The notes under the pieces: generated by a model | What the model was told of the DNA's origin: nothing | Database searches by the model: none | What the model saw: the letters and a program-made list of their open reading frames with translations, nothing else | Part shown: positions 36,956 to 46,821 of the stretch, one piece after another | Layout of the letters: the number at the start of each line of letters is the position of its first letter | How positions within the stretch are numbered: the first letter of the stretch is position 1 | DNA from: an uncultured bacterium | Lineage (GTDB): Bacteria > Planctomycetota > UBA8108 > UBA1146 | NCBI GenBank assembly: GCA_913056395.1 | Contig: CAJXMG010000004.1 | Span: forward strand, 24,706-88,705 | Direction: 5' to 3' | DNA: 64,000 nucleotides | Position numbers and translations under genes: made by a program

Positions 36956-39883
36956 TTGGAAGCGGGAAAATCGGTCTGGGCTATTCAACGAGGAGGACTC
37001 TTGATTCATGCAACAGCCAGGGGGCGGTTCACCGTATTCTCAGGATCCTGGATTCTGTTCGTGATCCTGTCTCTCGTACTGTTCACCGGAAAAGCACAGG
37101 CACAGAGTCAAATCTGGTATGTGGATGCATCGAATGCCGGAGTCAGTGGCACGTCGTGGAGCGATGCTTTCTCCAATCTTCAAGAAGCGTTGTTGTTGGC
37201 CCTGCCCGGGGATGAAATCCGTGTTGCCGGTGGCTCCTACAGACCCGATTCCGGCGCAGGTCTGATTCCGGGAGACCCTTCGACCCGATTTGTATTGCCC
37301 TCAGGCATTTCCATGCTGGGTGGATTTGCAGGGAGTCTCGCGACCGACCCTGATCTGCGAAGCCCGGATGTGTATCGAACCGTTCTCGATGGACGTCTTC
37401 AGGGGATTCATGTTTCTGCGGCGGAGGGACTCGATTCTCCCTTCTGCGGTTTGAATGAAGATCTTCCTTGCGCCACCTTGCAAAAGGGAATCGATCGGGC
37501 TCTCGAGACCGGTTTGAGAATCGTCAGGGTTCAGGCCGGGGTATACACGGAAACAGTCACTCTTGCAGACGACCTGATTATTCAGGGGGGATACGACCTC
37601 CAATGGGATTGGGCGCCCGCAGAGACTCCTGGTCATGAGGTGATTCTGACCGGTGGGATCAATGGAGACGGTCAAGCGGTCACCGTTGAAGCACGGAATC
37701 TCGTCATCGGAACCACCCTTGCTCACTTGAAGATTGAAGGCCCCGTGGCTTCCGGTTCTGTTGCAGGTGTGGCGAGGAGTTCTTATGCCATCCATGCAGT
37801 GGACTCTAATCTGCAACTGGTTGCGGTGGTGATCGAGGCGGGATCCGGCGCAAACGGTCTCGCGGGCGAGCCTGGTACAAACCTTGGCGGTAATCCTGCT
37901 GCTGACGGGCAGGCGGGTGGAAATGCGGATTCCTATTTCTCTTTCTGCGACGCAACGGCCTTCGGTGCCGGGGGACTCGCCGGTGGAGGCGGCCCCACCG
38001 GTGGTGGCAATGGCGGTGGCGGCGGAACGATGGATTCCAACTGTTGTGGGACGGTACCGAATCCCTTCTGCGACAGTTATGACGCCACCGGAGGATCTTC
38101 TGGAGCGGACGGTGCGGGCTTGCCTGGCTGGGGCCAGGGAGGCGGAGGCGGCTCGACCTGCAATGGTGGAGGCGATGGCGCTCCAGGCTCCCAGGGGTCT
38201 TCCGGTCAGGGAGGTGCGGGTGCCAGTGCAGGCGGTGGCCTGAGTGGAATCTATTGGGCCGGAAATTCCGGATCATCGGGCCTGCTGGGAACTGCCGGCG
38301 GCGGTGGCGGCGGCGGTGGTGGATCCGGGGGCTGCGACAACGGAACCTTTGGAACTGACAGTTATGGAGCCGGAGGAGGTGGTGGTGCCAGCGGCGGGAT
38401 TCCCTCTCCCCAAGCGGGTGCGGGCGGCAGTGCCGGCGGCAGCACCTTCGGTATCTTCGTTCTCGGCACCGGTAATGTGGAATTGATCCAGTCGACGATT
38501 GTCAGAGGAGAAGCGGGCACCGGCGGAATGGGTGGAACTCCCGGAGAAGGACAGCCGGGAGGGATCGGAGGTGCCGGTGGAAATGGTGCATCTGGAACTC
38601 CCAATGCAGGCCGTGGAGGTGATGGAGGAGATGGGGGCGCCAGTGGTGGTGGCGGTGGCGGCAGTGGTGGCGACAGCCATGCTGCATGGAGCGATGGCGC
38701 AACCATCCTTGCCTACGACACTTCAGTGCTGGGGGGACTGGCCGGATCAGGTGCCGCCGGTGGAGTGAATCCCGCTCTCGATGCGGTGACCCAGGGATCT
38801 GAGGGAGCAGGCGGTCAGGTTTTTGACGGATTGACACATGTCACCACAACCGATCTTCCAGTAAGCCCCCTCGATCGTTCCAGACAAATTCTCGAACTCA
38901 CCGGTGAGAACAGCGTTGTTGATGGGTTCGTGATTCAGGGTAGTTCCAATCAGTCGAATGAGATCCCAGTGGTGATCGGATCCGCTGGGCATGTCTTGAG
39001 TCGTTGTCACTTTTTGAATCTCTCCTCAGGAGCGCTCACGACGATTCAGGTCAATGGCTTCACGATTTTTGAAAATTGTCGTATCGAGAATTGCCAGTCG
39101 GCAAACACCGGCGCAGTGGAACTTCTGCCGAGTACGGTGTGTCGTATGGAAAACTGCATCATTTCCGGCAATCGATCGGTTCAGGGACCAGCGGTTCTGG
39201 AAGGGGCTGAAGACAGTGTATTGTTGATGATCAACAACACGCTGACAGGAAATGAAAATTCGGTTTCTGGCGGAATGATTGTGTTGGATTCGACTGCCCA
39301 GGCCGTGTTGCAAAACAACATTCTCTTCGGAAACTCCACTGTGGATGCTGAGCTGCAATTGCCTACGACCGCAGTTCTGATCCGGAACATCGTCGAAGGG
39401 GGTTGGCCCGGAGATAATTTTGACGTCGACCCCGAACTGACAGGAACCGGCGAGTTCCCGTTTACACCGGGGCCAGGCTCACCCTGCGTCGATCAGGCAT
39501 TGTCCGTGGCTTCCAGCACGACTGAGGATTGTCTGGGACAACCGAGGAATGTCTGCCAGGGAGTGGATATCGGGGCTGTCGAGCGTCAGACCTGTGGGGA
39601 CGGAGATTCCCTTGATTTCGTCCGTGGTGATTGCGACGGCAATGGATCGATCGATTTGGCGGATGGGGTTGCCTTGCTCGACTACCTCTTCATCGGTGGA
39701 GCACTGACCTGTCTGGCTACGGCAGATGTCAATGACGATTCAGATCTGAATCTCGCTGACCCGGGAACCCTGCTCGCCTATCTCTACATTGGCGGATCGG
39801 CTCCGCCTGAGCCATTCACCAGTTGCGGTCAGGATCCAGACGGATCACTGATCGCCTGTGAACTCTACGGCGGTTGCCCATAG
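36956..39883 (+). CDS. secreted modular protein B: parallel beta-helix + Gly-rich region + dockerin-like C-terminus
   Basis: 975-aa ORF with a TTG start at 36956 or 37001. Signal peptide ..LVLFTGKAQAQ. IWYVDASNAG..GDEIRVAGGSY resembles a beta-helix N-terminus, with PbH1-like repeats (NCIISGNRS, NNTLTGNEN, NNILFGNS). C-terminal double Ca-loop module. Confidence 0.8.
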   Translation: MEAGKSVWAIQRGGLLIHATARGRFTVFSGSWILFVILSLVLFTGKAQAQSQIWYVDASNAGVSGTSWSDAFSNLQEALLLALPGDEIRVAGGSYRPDSGAGLIPGDPSTRFVLPSGISMLGGFAGSLATDPDLRSPDVYRTVLDGRLQGIHVSAAEGLDSPFCGLNEDLPCATLQKGIDRALETGLRIVRVQAGVYTETVTLADDLIIQGGYDLQWDWAPAETPGHEVILTGGINGDGQAVTVEARNLVIGTTLAHLKIEGPVASGSVAGVARSSYAIHAVDSNLQLVAVVIEAGSGANGLAGEPGTNLGGNPAADGQAGGNADSYFSFCDATAFGAGGLAGGGGPTGGGNGGGGGTMDSNCCGTVPNPFCDSYDATGGSSGADGAGLPGWGQGGGGGSTCNGGGDGAPGSQGSSGQGGAGASAGGGLSGIYWAGNSGSSGLLGTAGGGGGGGGGSGGCDNGTFGTDSYGAGGGGGASGGIPSPQAGAGGSAGGSTFGIFVLGTGNVELIQSTIVRGEAGTGGMGGTPGEGQPGGIGGAGGNGASGTPNAGRGGDGGDGGASGGGGGGSGGDSHAAWSDGATILAYDTSVLGGLAGSGAAGGVNPALDAVTQGSEGAGGQVFDGLTHVTTTDLPVSPLDRSRQILELTGENSVVDGFVIQGSSNQSNEIPVVIGSAGHVLSRCHFLNLSSGALTTIQVNGFTIFENCRIENCQSANTGAVELLPSTVCRMENCIISGNRSVQGPAVLEGAEDSVLLMINNTLTGNENSVSGGMIVLDSTAQAVLQNNILFGNSTVDAELQLPTTAVLIRNIVEGGWPGDNFDVDPELTGTGEFPFTPGPGSPCVDQALSVASSTTEDCLGQPRNVCQGVDIGAVERQTCGDGDSLDFVRGDCDGNGSIDLADGVALLDYLFIGGALTCLATADVNDDSDLNLADPGTLLAYLYIGGSAPPEPFTSCGQDPDGSLIACELYGGCP
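37841..38690 (+). repeat. Gly-rich low-complexity coding tract inside protein B
   Basis: Runs such as GGGGGGGGGSGG and GGAGGNGASG. GGN-codon-rich DNA that creates Pro/Arg-rich shadow ORFs on the other strand. Confidence 0.8.
39614..39880 (+). other. dockerin-like module of protein B
   Basis: DCDGNGSIDLAD..LLDYLF and DVNDDSDLNLAD..LLAYLY, with tail CGQDPDGSLIACELYGGCP. Confidence 0.75.
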
Positions 39884-39925
39884 ATCGGGAATCGATTTCA
39901 GACTCCTGAACTCATGCTCCTGAAA

Positions 39926-41620
39926 TCAGGGACAGACACCCTGCAGGCAATCCAGATTTCCCGGAGTGGGGTCTGGCAGGCAGTCCCCACCTGTGGGAGC
40001 GGGCAAGGGAGAACCACCGCCGAAGAGAGTATCCAGCACCTGAATCGCATCGGCGACATTCAATTGATCGTCGTCGTTGGCATCCGCCGCATTTTGGCAT
40101 GTGGGTTCTGCTGCGCCTGAAAAAAGGTAATCGAGCAAGGCAACCGCATCTGCCAGGTCGACAAGACCATCACTGTTGGCGTCCGCTCGCTGAAAAGCGT
40201 TTACCGCAACACCCTGAACATCAATCTGTCCATCGGTTCTCGCAGGTGAGTATCCGGCTCCATTGTTTTGCACGATGACTGCCGAGACGGGCGGGAGTCC
40301 AGCGGTAGCAGGCAGGGACAGTGTGATATTGCTTCCCGACGGGACGGTTGGAAGAACCGAACCCAGCAATCTGCAGAGTGTGCGATCTGCTCCAGCCGGG
40401 ATGTGATCCACGTCTTCTGAATCGAAAATCAGAAACACGTTGGTCAGGCCGGCGATGGCATCGGTTTCCACCAGGAAAAATTCAGCTCCAACCGCGTCGG
40501 TGCCCTGAAGGTCAGCGCTTTCGAGAACGAAGAGTGCAGGATCATAACTGACCGGAATCGAAAACCCTTCCGTTGGCAACTCGAGGGAAGCGGAGATGGG
40601 AAGTTGAAGCGATTCCCCGGGGAAAGCCTGCACGCTTGGAAGGGAGACCAGATTGACGGGGATGGAGACTTCACTGGAGCAGGATGACGGTGCAGATGGG
40701 AGCCCCAGAAGAATACCGCGAACTTCATATTCATTGAGTCCTGGTTCAGGACTGGTGTCGACAAAGCTTGTGGCGTCACCCACTACCGTCGCAAGACTGG
40801 AACCATTGCGGGAGATTTCAAGGCTGGCGTAATCACTGCTGTTTTGCCATGTCAGTTGGACCGACTCTCCTGCCACAGCACAGTTGAGAGAGCTGACCGG
40901 CTGGGGCGGAGCGATCCCCCCTGACAGGGAAAATGTCTCCTGAGCGATGACCTGTAGCCCGGAGGAGGAGGTCAGGGTTGTCTGTACCTGTAAGTCTCCA
41001 CCGAAGGGGGAGTGGGTCAGGATGGCAGGGGTGTTCCAGACCAATGGAACATTGAAGCCCAATGCACCGCTGAGCGGAAGACTACCCGCATCCGAAACGT
41101 CCATGACCGCGCCGGAATCACCGGGCAAGTCGGTGTAAGTGATGTTGAACGCGGTTGCTCCGGTGGGATCGGGGATCCCCAGAAAAGCCAGACCTGGAAG
41201 CACGTTGCCGGTGACTTCTGTGACGACGGCGTTGGCATTGAGAGAGCTGGGGCCTACTGAGATCACTTGTACTTCAGCAATGATCAGTCCTTCGACAGTG
41301 AGAATCGGGCTGGGCACAAAAAGATCCACGACCAGTCCACCGATGGTTTGCCCAGCCGAATAACCGGCAAAAGAAAACGATCCCCGGTCAAAATTGACGA
41401 TGAGACTTGCTGGACCTTCTTCACCTTCTGCAAAGAAGGCGGATTGGGAAAATCCGCTCGGGAGTCCCGCTTCTAAATTATCGAATGAAGTTGAAAGGGT
41501 GGGGTTGAATTGTGCACTGACCCAAACCGGAGAAATGCAGAAGGAGAGAGTCAGGAGCAGAATCCACAAAGGGATCTTGCTTCGATTGTGGAAGGGGGGG
41601 CGAACCGATCGACAACTCAT
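39926..41620 (-). CDS. secreted modular protein C: unknown beta-rich N-domain + Fn3-like + cohesin-like + dockerin-like C-terminus
   Basis: Start set at MSCRSVRPPFHNRSKIPLWILLLTLSFCISPVWVSAQ (signal peptide). Module order read from the translation. Confidence 0.8.
   Translation of the reverse strand: MSCRSVRPPFHNRSKIPLWILLLTLSFCISPVWVSAQFNPTLSTSFDNLEAGLPSGFSQSAFFAEGEEGPASLIVNFDRGSFSFAGYSAGQTIGGLVVDLFVPSPILTVEGLIIAEVQVISVGPSSLNANAVVTEVTGNVLPGLAFLGIPDPTGATAFNITYTDLPGDSGAVMDVSDAGSLPLSGALGFNVPLVWNTPAILTHSPFGGDLQVQTTLTSSSGLQVIAQETFSLSGGIAPPQPVSSLNCAVAGESVQLTWQNSSDYASLEISRNGSSLATVVGDATSFVDTSPEPGLNEYEVRGILLGLPSAPSSCSSEVSIPVNLVSLPSVQAFPGESLQLPISASLELPTEGFSIPVSYDPALFVLESADLQGTDAVGAEFFLVETDAIAGLTNVFLIFDSEDVDHIPAGADRTLCRLLGSVLPTVPSGSNITLSLPATAGLPPVSAVIVQNNGAGYSPARTDGQIDVQGVAVNAFQRADANSDGLVDLADAVALLDYLFSGAAEPTCQNAADANDDDQLNVADAIQVLDTLFGGGSPLPAPTGGDCLPDPTPGNLDCLQGVCP
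39929..40198 (-). other. dockerin-like module of protein C
   Basis: DANSDGLVDLAD..LLDYLF and DANDDDQLNVAD..VLDTLF, with tail CLPDPTPGNLDCLQGVCP. Confidence 0.75.
40213..40670 (-). other. cohesin-like module of protein C
   Basis: ..LQLPISASLELPTEGFSIPVSYDPALFVLESADLQGTDAVGAEFFLVETD.. Confidence 0.6.
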
Positions 41621-41740
41621 GGAGCTTTCTGCGAAACGACCGGAGTCGTCACAGTTATGAAACGCTGGAATAACAGTGCCCACAGAGCCTCCTCATATCC
41701 CATCAAGGATAACCACCGAACACGCCCGATACGAGTCGGA

Positions 41741-43219
41741 TCAGGCGATCGCATCCCATATGGGCTGGGCTCCTTCGACACCCACCAGCTTTTCGTCGAG
41801 TCCGGCGTGGAAGTAACTGAGCCTGTTGGGGTCGAGTCCCATGAGTTGCAGGACCGTGGCATGCAGATTTTTGACATGAAGAGGCTGATCGACCGCTTCT
41901 GCACCCAGTTCATCGGTCTGACCGATGCTGACTCCACCCTTGGTTCCTCCACCGGCCATCCACATGGTGAATCCGTAGGAGTTGTGATCTCTTCCGGTGG
42001 TGTGCTCATACTCTGCGGTGGGTTGGCGGCCAAACTCTCCACCCCAAACCACCAGAGTCTCATCGAGCATTCCCCGACGCTTGAGGTCCTTTAGCAGCCC
42101 GGCGATGGGCAGGTCGGTGGCACCGGCATGCTTGTCATGGTTGTACTTGAGATCCCCGTGGGCATCCCAGTTGTTATCGTCATGGTTACCACCCGAGTAG
42201 ATCTGAATGAATCTCACTCCTCTTTCGACCAGCCTGCGGGCCATCAGGCACTTGCGACCAAAGTCCGCAGTTTTTTCACGATCGAGCCCATAGAGTTCGC
42301 GGGTCTCTTCATCTTCCTTGGAAAGGTCGACTGCTTCAGGTGCACTGCTTTGCATTTGGAATGCCAACTCGTAACTGGCGATGCGGGCAGCGAGATCCGG
42401 GTTTCCGACTCGGGCTGCGGCATGGATCTCATTTTCCGCCCGAAGGTGGTCGAGCACAGAGCGTTGCACTCCACCTCCCAGCATGTTTCCCGGTTCGAGA
42501 TCGAGGATCGGTGGGCCTTCTGACCGAAGGACCGTCCCCTGGTATTGGGCTGGCATGTACCCACTGGACCAATTCTTCGCACCCGAGATGGGGCCACCGG
42601 TTTTATCGAGCATGACCACGAAACCCGGCAGGTTTTCATTCAGGGTTCCGAGTCCGTAGTTGACCCATGATCCCAGAGAAGGTGCTCCACTGAGCACCTT
42701 TCCCGAGTTCATCATCAACATGGCGGAACCGTGCAGGGGTGAATCTGCGGTCATCGAATGGAGGAAGGTCAGGTCATCTGCCATCGATCCAATGTTGGGA
42801 AAGAGATCGCTGATGTACTTTCCGCACTCTCCATACGGTTTGAAATTCCATTTGGGCCCAACGATTCTTCCGGTGTTCTTGTGACCACCGCGACCAAAGG
42901 TTTTGACTTCGACAGTCTTGTTGTCGAGTGGGTAGAGTGCGGGTTTGTAATCGAAGGTGTCCATATGACTGGGACCGCCATACATGAACAGGAAGATGAC
43001 AGACTTGGCTTTTGCGGGGATCATCGCCGACTTGGGAGCAAGGGGGCTCGAGTAGGAAGTGATTCCATCCGCGGCCAGACTCTGATTGGCGAGGAATCCC
43101 TGTCCCAACATTCCTCCGAGGGCGAGCGAAGTGAACCCCGCTCCCGCTTCCCAGAGAAACTCTCTGCGGGTTCTTCCGCAAAAGTGACCCGGTCTGTCGT
43201 CGTTCTTGTGTGTGGACAT
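41741..43219 (-). CDS. DUF1501 domain protein (sulfatase-fold, Tat signal)
   Basis: Twin-arginine-like RTRREFLWEAGAG. GGEFGRQP and GRDHN motifs characteristic of DUF1501. Confidence 0.9.
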   Translation of the reverse strand: MSTHKNDDRPGHFCGRTRREFLWEAGAGFTSLALGGMLGQGFLANQSLAADGITSYSSPLAPKSAMIPAKAKSVIFLFMYGGPSHMDTFDYKPALYPLDNKTVEVKTFGRGGHKNTGRIVGPKWNFKPYGECGKYISDLFPNIGSMADDLTFLHSMTADSPLHGSAMLMMNSGKVLSGAPSLGSWVNYGLGTLNENLPGFVVMLDKTGGPISGAKNWSSGYMPAQYQGTVLRSEGPPILDLEPGNMLGGGVQRSVLDHLRAENEIHAAARVGNPDLAARIASYELAFQMQSSAPEAVDLSKEDEETRELYGLDREKTADFGRKCLMARRLVERGVRFIQIYSGGNHDDNNWDAHGDLKYNHDKHAGATDLPIAGLLKDLKRRGMLDETLVVWGGEFGRQPTAEYEHTTGRDHNSYGFTMWMAGGGTKGGVSIGQTDELGAEAVDQPLHVKNLHATVLQLMGLDPNRLSYFHAGLDEKLVGVEGAQPIWDAIA

Positions 43220-43238
43220 GGAAGTGTCCCTTTCGGTG

Positions 43239-46133
43239 TCAGTCGAGATGAACGAATTCGTTGAGATTCAAGGTTGCCAGACAGAAGACAGCCAAAGCTT
43301 CTGCCTCTTCAAGTTGGTGATCTGATTGCAGTTTTTTCAGGAACTCAAAGTGTCGATCGACCATCGATTCTGAAACCTGCTTCTGGGTAACCAGTTCCAG
43401 AGCACGTCGCACTTTTGATCGTGGGTCTTCCGATTCCCGGTTCAGTCTCTCAGCAAACATCTTTGCCTGCCGATCGCTGAAGTCACTGTTGAGAAGAGTT
43501 AAAGCTTGTGTTGGCTGAACGGTATTGAAGCGAACCGGGCACGAGGTGTCCGTGTCTGCAAGATCAAATGAGATCAGCAGTGGGTGGGGCAATGAGCGTT
43601 TGACAAAAACATAGATGCTTCGACGCATGGAGGAAGGATCTTCCAACCCGGCACCGGGAACCGCATCTCCCACGGGCCATGCGGATCCGGGCCTTGAAGA
43701 AGTGGAGAGAACTTCTGCGGGGAGCGGAGGGAAAACGCTGACTCCTCCGGTGGCAAGATTCAGGTTTCCACTGACGGCGAGGACCGAGTCGCGAATCTCC
43801 TCGGCGGACAATCGACGCCCGGGGAATCGCCAGTAAAGCTTGTTGGTGGGATCTATAGCTGCGGCGAGATCATCATGTTCCCCCGAGATGCGAAAGGCGG
43901 TACTGGTCACCAGTTGGCGAATCATGTGCTTCATGCTCCACCCGTTATGGATCAGTTCACGGGCCATGGCATTCAACAGTTCCGGGTGAGTGGGGGGTAA
44001 ACCGAAGACTCCAAAATCATTGGGGGTGCCGACGATGGGAGTTCCAAAGACATGTTGCCAAAGGCGATTGGCCAGCACTCTTGCCGTTCGCGGGTTATCA
44101 GGGCTCGTGATCCAACGGGCGAGGGCGAGTCTGCGTCCACTGGTCTCCCCATCACTCGGGGGGCTGATCGTGGCGTTTCCACCACCAAGGAATTCGGGGA
44201 ATCCTGGAAACAACTCTTCTTCACCGGGACTGCTATAATTGCCCCTGATACGCACGTAACTCTTCTTGACTACGTGGGATTCAATTTCCTGTGCGGAGAG
44301 TACCCACTCCGTATCGGTTGTCGGTTTTTCCGTGTTGAGTATCCGATACTCGGCGGCTCGCAGTCGCTCCGCTTCAGGAGTTCCCAATCTCTCTTCCACG
44401 ACCTTTGAGTATTGAGGCAGGAATCCACCCTCCTGATAGAGGTGAAGGATTTCTGGGGGGGTAAGGACCCGATTCCAGAAACCCAACTCATCTATAGATC
44501 CATTGAATCTCTTCCCGCCTTTGGGTGATCGACCAATGGAGAGGCGATTTGAATCTGTGAGCGGTTGAGTTCCACCTTTGGAAAATTGTTCGTCATAGGG
44601 AAGGTGTTCGATCCCATCGATCCAAAGTCGAATCTCACCGGTAGATTGCTGGCGAGTGAAGCAGACATGGTGCCAGCGGTCATCGGTCATTCCTTTTGGA
44701 CCAGCCACAAAAGTCTCTGGTTTTCCCGTCCCCGCTGCGATCCGCGATCCAACGAGAGAGATTCCAAAGTCGTTGTGAACTCCATTGATTTCACCGTCTA
44801 CCAATCCGGTCCCCCTGAACCAGCGCGGATCTTTTACAGGCCCTGATCCGAGTGAAGCTGATTTGAACCAGAATGCGATGGTGAAGTCGTTGGCTACCGG
44901 TCTCTCAATGGAAAGGTGACCCCTTCCCTTGAGGTGGAGAGCCTGACCTCCTTCGCGACCTTCGGCGAATTCGACCTCGTCGTGAGTTTTCACTTCGGAG
45001 GGAGTGCCATTGTTGAAATCAAGAAGGAGAACACGGCCTTCCTTTATTGAATCAGCCGCTCCTGAAAACGCCTCCGAGCCCCAACGGGCTTTGACTTCGT
45101 CGATCAGTTGTCGTGCTTCCAGAAGGCTCTCTGTTCGGTTTCTTTTCCATGAAGCGAGTTCTGCCTCAAAGTCGCGGATCCCCAATTCGGAAGGCAGTTT
45201 GCGAGTGAAATGTTCGGTGTTGAGGGCATTGCCGATATTTTGGTCGTAAGGTTTGAGTCGCTCAAAAAAGGAGAGCATTCGGTAGTAGTCTCGAGTCGGG
45301 ATGGGATCTCCCTTGTGATCATGACAGCGAGCACAGCCCATGCTGATTCCCAGCATCGATCGACAGGTCGTATCGAGCATGCTGTCAAAGTCGGTGTAGA
45401 CCGCCTGCTTGGTATCCGCAGATTCGTCATTGCGGATCCCGAGGTGGAGGAAGCCGGTGGCGATGTGGGTGGAAACCCGCTCGTCCTCGAGCTCATCTCC
45501 CGCCAACTGTTCTGTCAGAAACCGGTCATAGGGCATGTCCGAGTTGAACGCGTCGATCACCCAATTCCGATACTTCCAGGCGTGGGGCTTGGTTCGGTCC
45601 CTCTCGTATCCATCGGTTTCAGCCCAACGAACGAGATCGAGCCAATGTCGCGCCCAATGGACTCCGAACTGTTCCGACGACAGGAGTTTATCGACCTGTT
45701 TCTCATATCGGAGCGGATCGTCACTCTTGAGGAAAGTTTCCACCTCTTCTGGAGAAGGTGGCAAACCCGTGAGGACGTAATGCAGTCTACGTAACAAAAT
45801 ATCCGCGCTGGCCGGCGGGGCAGGGGTGAGTCCTGTTTCCTCCAGAGGAGCCAGCCAGTAATTGTCGAGCGGATGGGTCGCAATCCCTGACAAGGATTTC
45901 AGTGCCGGGGGATCATGTTCTATCAGGGGCTGATCACACCAGGGTTGATCCAGAAGACCAGCCGACTTCACCTCAGCAGGTTTCAGATCTTCTTCATGGG
46001 CACTCAGTGTTAGATGGGGACTGAGTGCAAGCGTTGGGACAACCCCTGTAAACAAGGCCCCTGTGATCAGAAAGAGAATTGCGACCTTCAGATATTGGAA
46101 GAATCTTCTAATCATGACCTCAGCACTTGCCAT
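43239..46133 (-). CDS. DUF1549/DUF1553 (PSD1) protein with inserted LamG-like domain
   Basis: WARHWLDLVRWAETDGYE (DUF1549), CARCHDHKGDPI, a DUF1553-like C-terminus, and central FTIAFWFK...WHHVCFTR...IRLWIDG (LamG_3-like). Classic partner of DUF1501. Confidence 0.9.
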   Translation of the reverse strand: MASAEVMIRRFFQYLKVAILFLITGALFTGVVPTLALSPHLTLSAHEEDLKPAEVKSAGLLDQPWCDQPLIEHDPPALKSLSGIATHPLDNYWLAPLEETGLTPAPPASADILLRRLHYVLTGLPPSPEEVETFLKSDDPLRYEKQVDKLLSSEQFGVHWARHWLDLVRWAETDGYERDRTKPHAWKYRNWVIDAFNSDMPYDRFLTEQLAGDELEDERVSTHIATGFLHLGIRNDESADTKQAVYTDFDSMLDTTCRSMLGISMGCARCHDHKGDPIPTRDYYRMLSFFERLKPYDQNIGNALNTEHFTRKLPSELGIRDFEAELASWKRNRTESLLEARQLIDEVKARWGSEAFSGAADSIKEGRVLLLDFNNGTPSEVKTHDEVEFAEGREGGQALHLKGRGHLSIERPVANDFTIAFWFKSASLGSGPVKDPRWFRGTGLVDGEINGVHNDFGISLVGSRIAAGTGKPETFVAGPKGMTDDRWHHVCFTRQQSTGEIRLWIDGIEHLPYDEQFSKGGTQPLTDSNRLSIGRSPKGGKRFNGSIDELGFWNRVLTPPEILHLYQEGGFLPQYSKVVEERLGTPEAERLRAAEYRILNTEKPTTDTEWVLSAQEIESHVVKKSYVRIRGNYSSPGEEELFPGFPEFLGGGNATISPPSDGETSGRRLALARWITSPDNPRTARVLANRLWQHVFGTPIVGTPNDFGVFGLPPTHPELLNAMARELIHNGWSMKHMIRQLVTSTAFRISGEHDDLAAAIDPTNKLYWRFPGRRLSAEEIRDSVLAVSGNLNLATGGVSVFPPLPAEVLSTSSRPGSAWPVGDAVPGAGLEDPSSMRRSIYVFVKRSLPHPLLISFDLADTDTSCPVRFNTVQPTQALTLLNSDFSDRQAKMFAERLNRESEDPRSKVRRALELVTQKQVSESMVDRHFEFLKKLQSDHQLEEAEALAVFCLATLNLNEFVHLD

Positions 46134-46268
46134 AAATCCTGCCTTGTTCCCAAGAATGCGATCTGTTTGTTGTGCAGGTTTGCCTGCCTGTGAACTGATT
46201 TAGATTTTACCCTCGGGTATCAGTGATCCAAGACTGTAAACGGCAGGAAGATCTGGACAGGGAGCGGT

Positions 46269-46811
46269 TCAGACGATCACTTCAGCTTCGTGGGGACGCA
46301 ACGCTTCAATAATAAACCGGATGTGATCGTCAAGTTCTACGCCAAGGAGTTCCACGCCGGTGTGAACTTCAACTCGATCGACCCCTGCAGCGAAGTTTTT
46401 GTCCTTGAGTTTCTTTTTGACCGACTTTGGAGTGAGGTCCTGAAGCTTGTTGGGACGCAATCTCGCCACGGCGATGATCAACCCGGTCAGTTCGTCGCTG
46501 GCGAGCAGAGCCTTGTCGAGAAGGGTTTCGCAGGTGTAGCCCCATTGGGTGTAGTGGCAGTGAATGGCGTGGGCCTTTTCCGATTCGCCCCGTTCCTCGA
46601 GCAACTCGGTGATAATCTTGGGGTGCTCTTCAGGATGCTTTTCGTAATCGGCATCATGAAGGAGTCCGGTGATCGCCCAATGATCTGCATCTTCGCCATA
46701 CTTCTTTGCATACGCTTCCATGACGATTTCCACAGAGCGGACGTGGGCCAGCAGGGCGGGGGAATCCATCATTCCATGAAGGATTTCACGGGCTTCTTCG
46801 CGGGTCATCAT
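46269..46811 (-). CDS. HD-domain phosphohydrolase
   Basis: Start set at MMTREEA. Motifs H..HV and LLHDADYEKHPEEHP. Confidence 0.8.
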   Translation of the reverse strand: MMTREEAREILHGMMDSPALLAHVRSVEIVMEAYAKKYGEDADHWAITGLLHDADYEKHPEEHPKIITELLEERGESEKAHAIHCHYTQWGYTCETLLDKALLASDELTGLIIAVARLRPNKLQDLTPKSVKKKLKDKNFAAGVDRVEVHTGVELLGVELDDHIRFIIEALRPHEAEVIV

Positions 46812-46821
46812 GGCGTCCTCC

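Noticed and set aside
37841-38690. Gly-rich tract of protein B as collagen-like triple helix or RTX calcium-binding repeats
   Set aside because: There is no sustained G-X-Y triplet register and no GGxGxDxUx nonapeptide periodicity. Glycine runs are irregular and interrupted by Cys-containing islands.
37806-38837. Several Pro/Arg/His-rich ORFs on both strands within the Gly-rich tract of protein B
   Set aside because: They are alternative-frame readings of GGN-repeat DNA. The plus-strand frame of B is continuous with flanking beta-helix and dockerin sequence.
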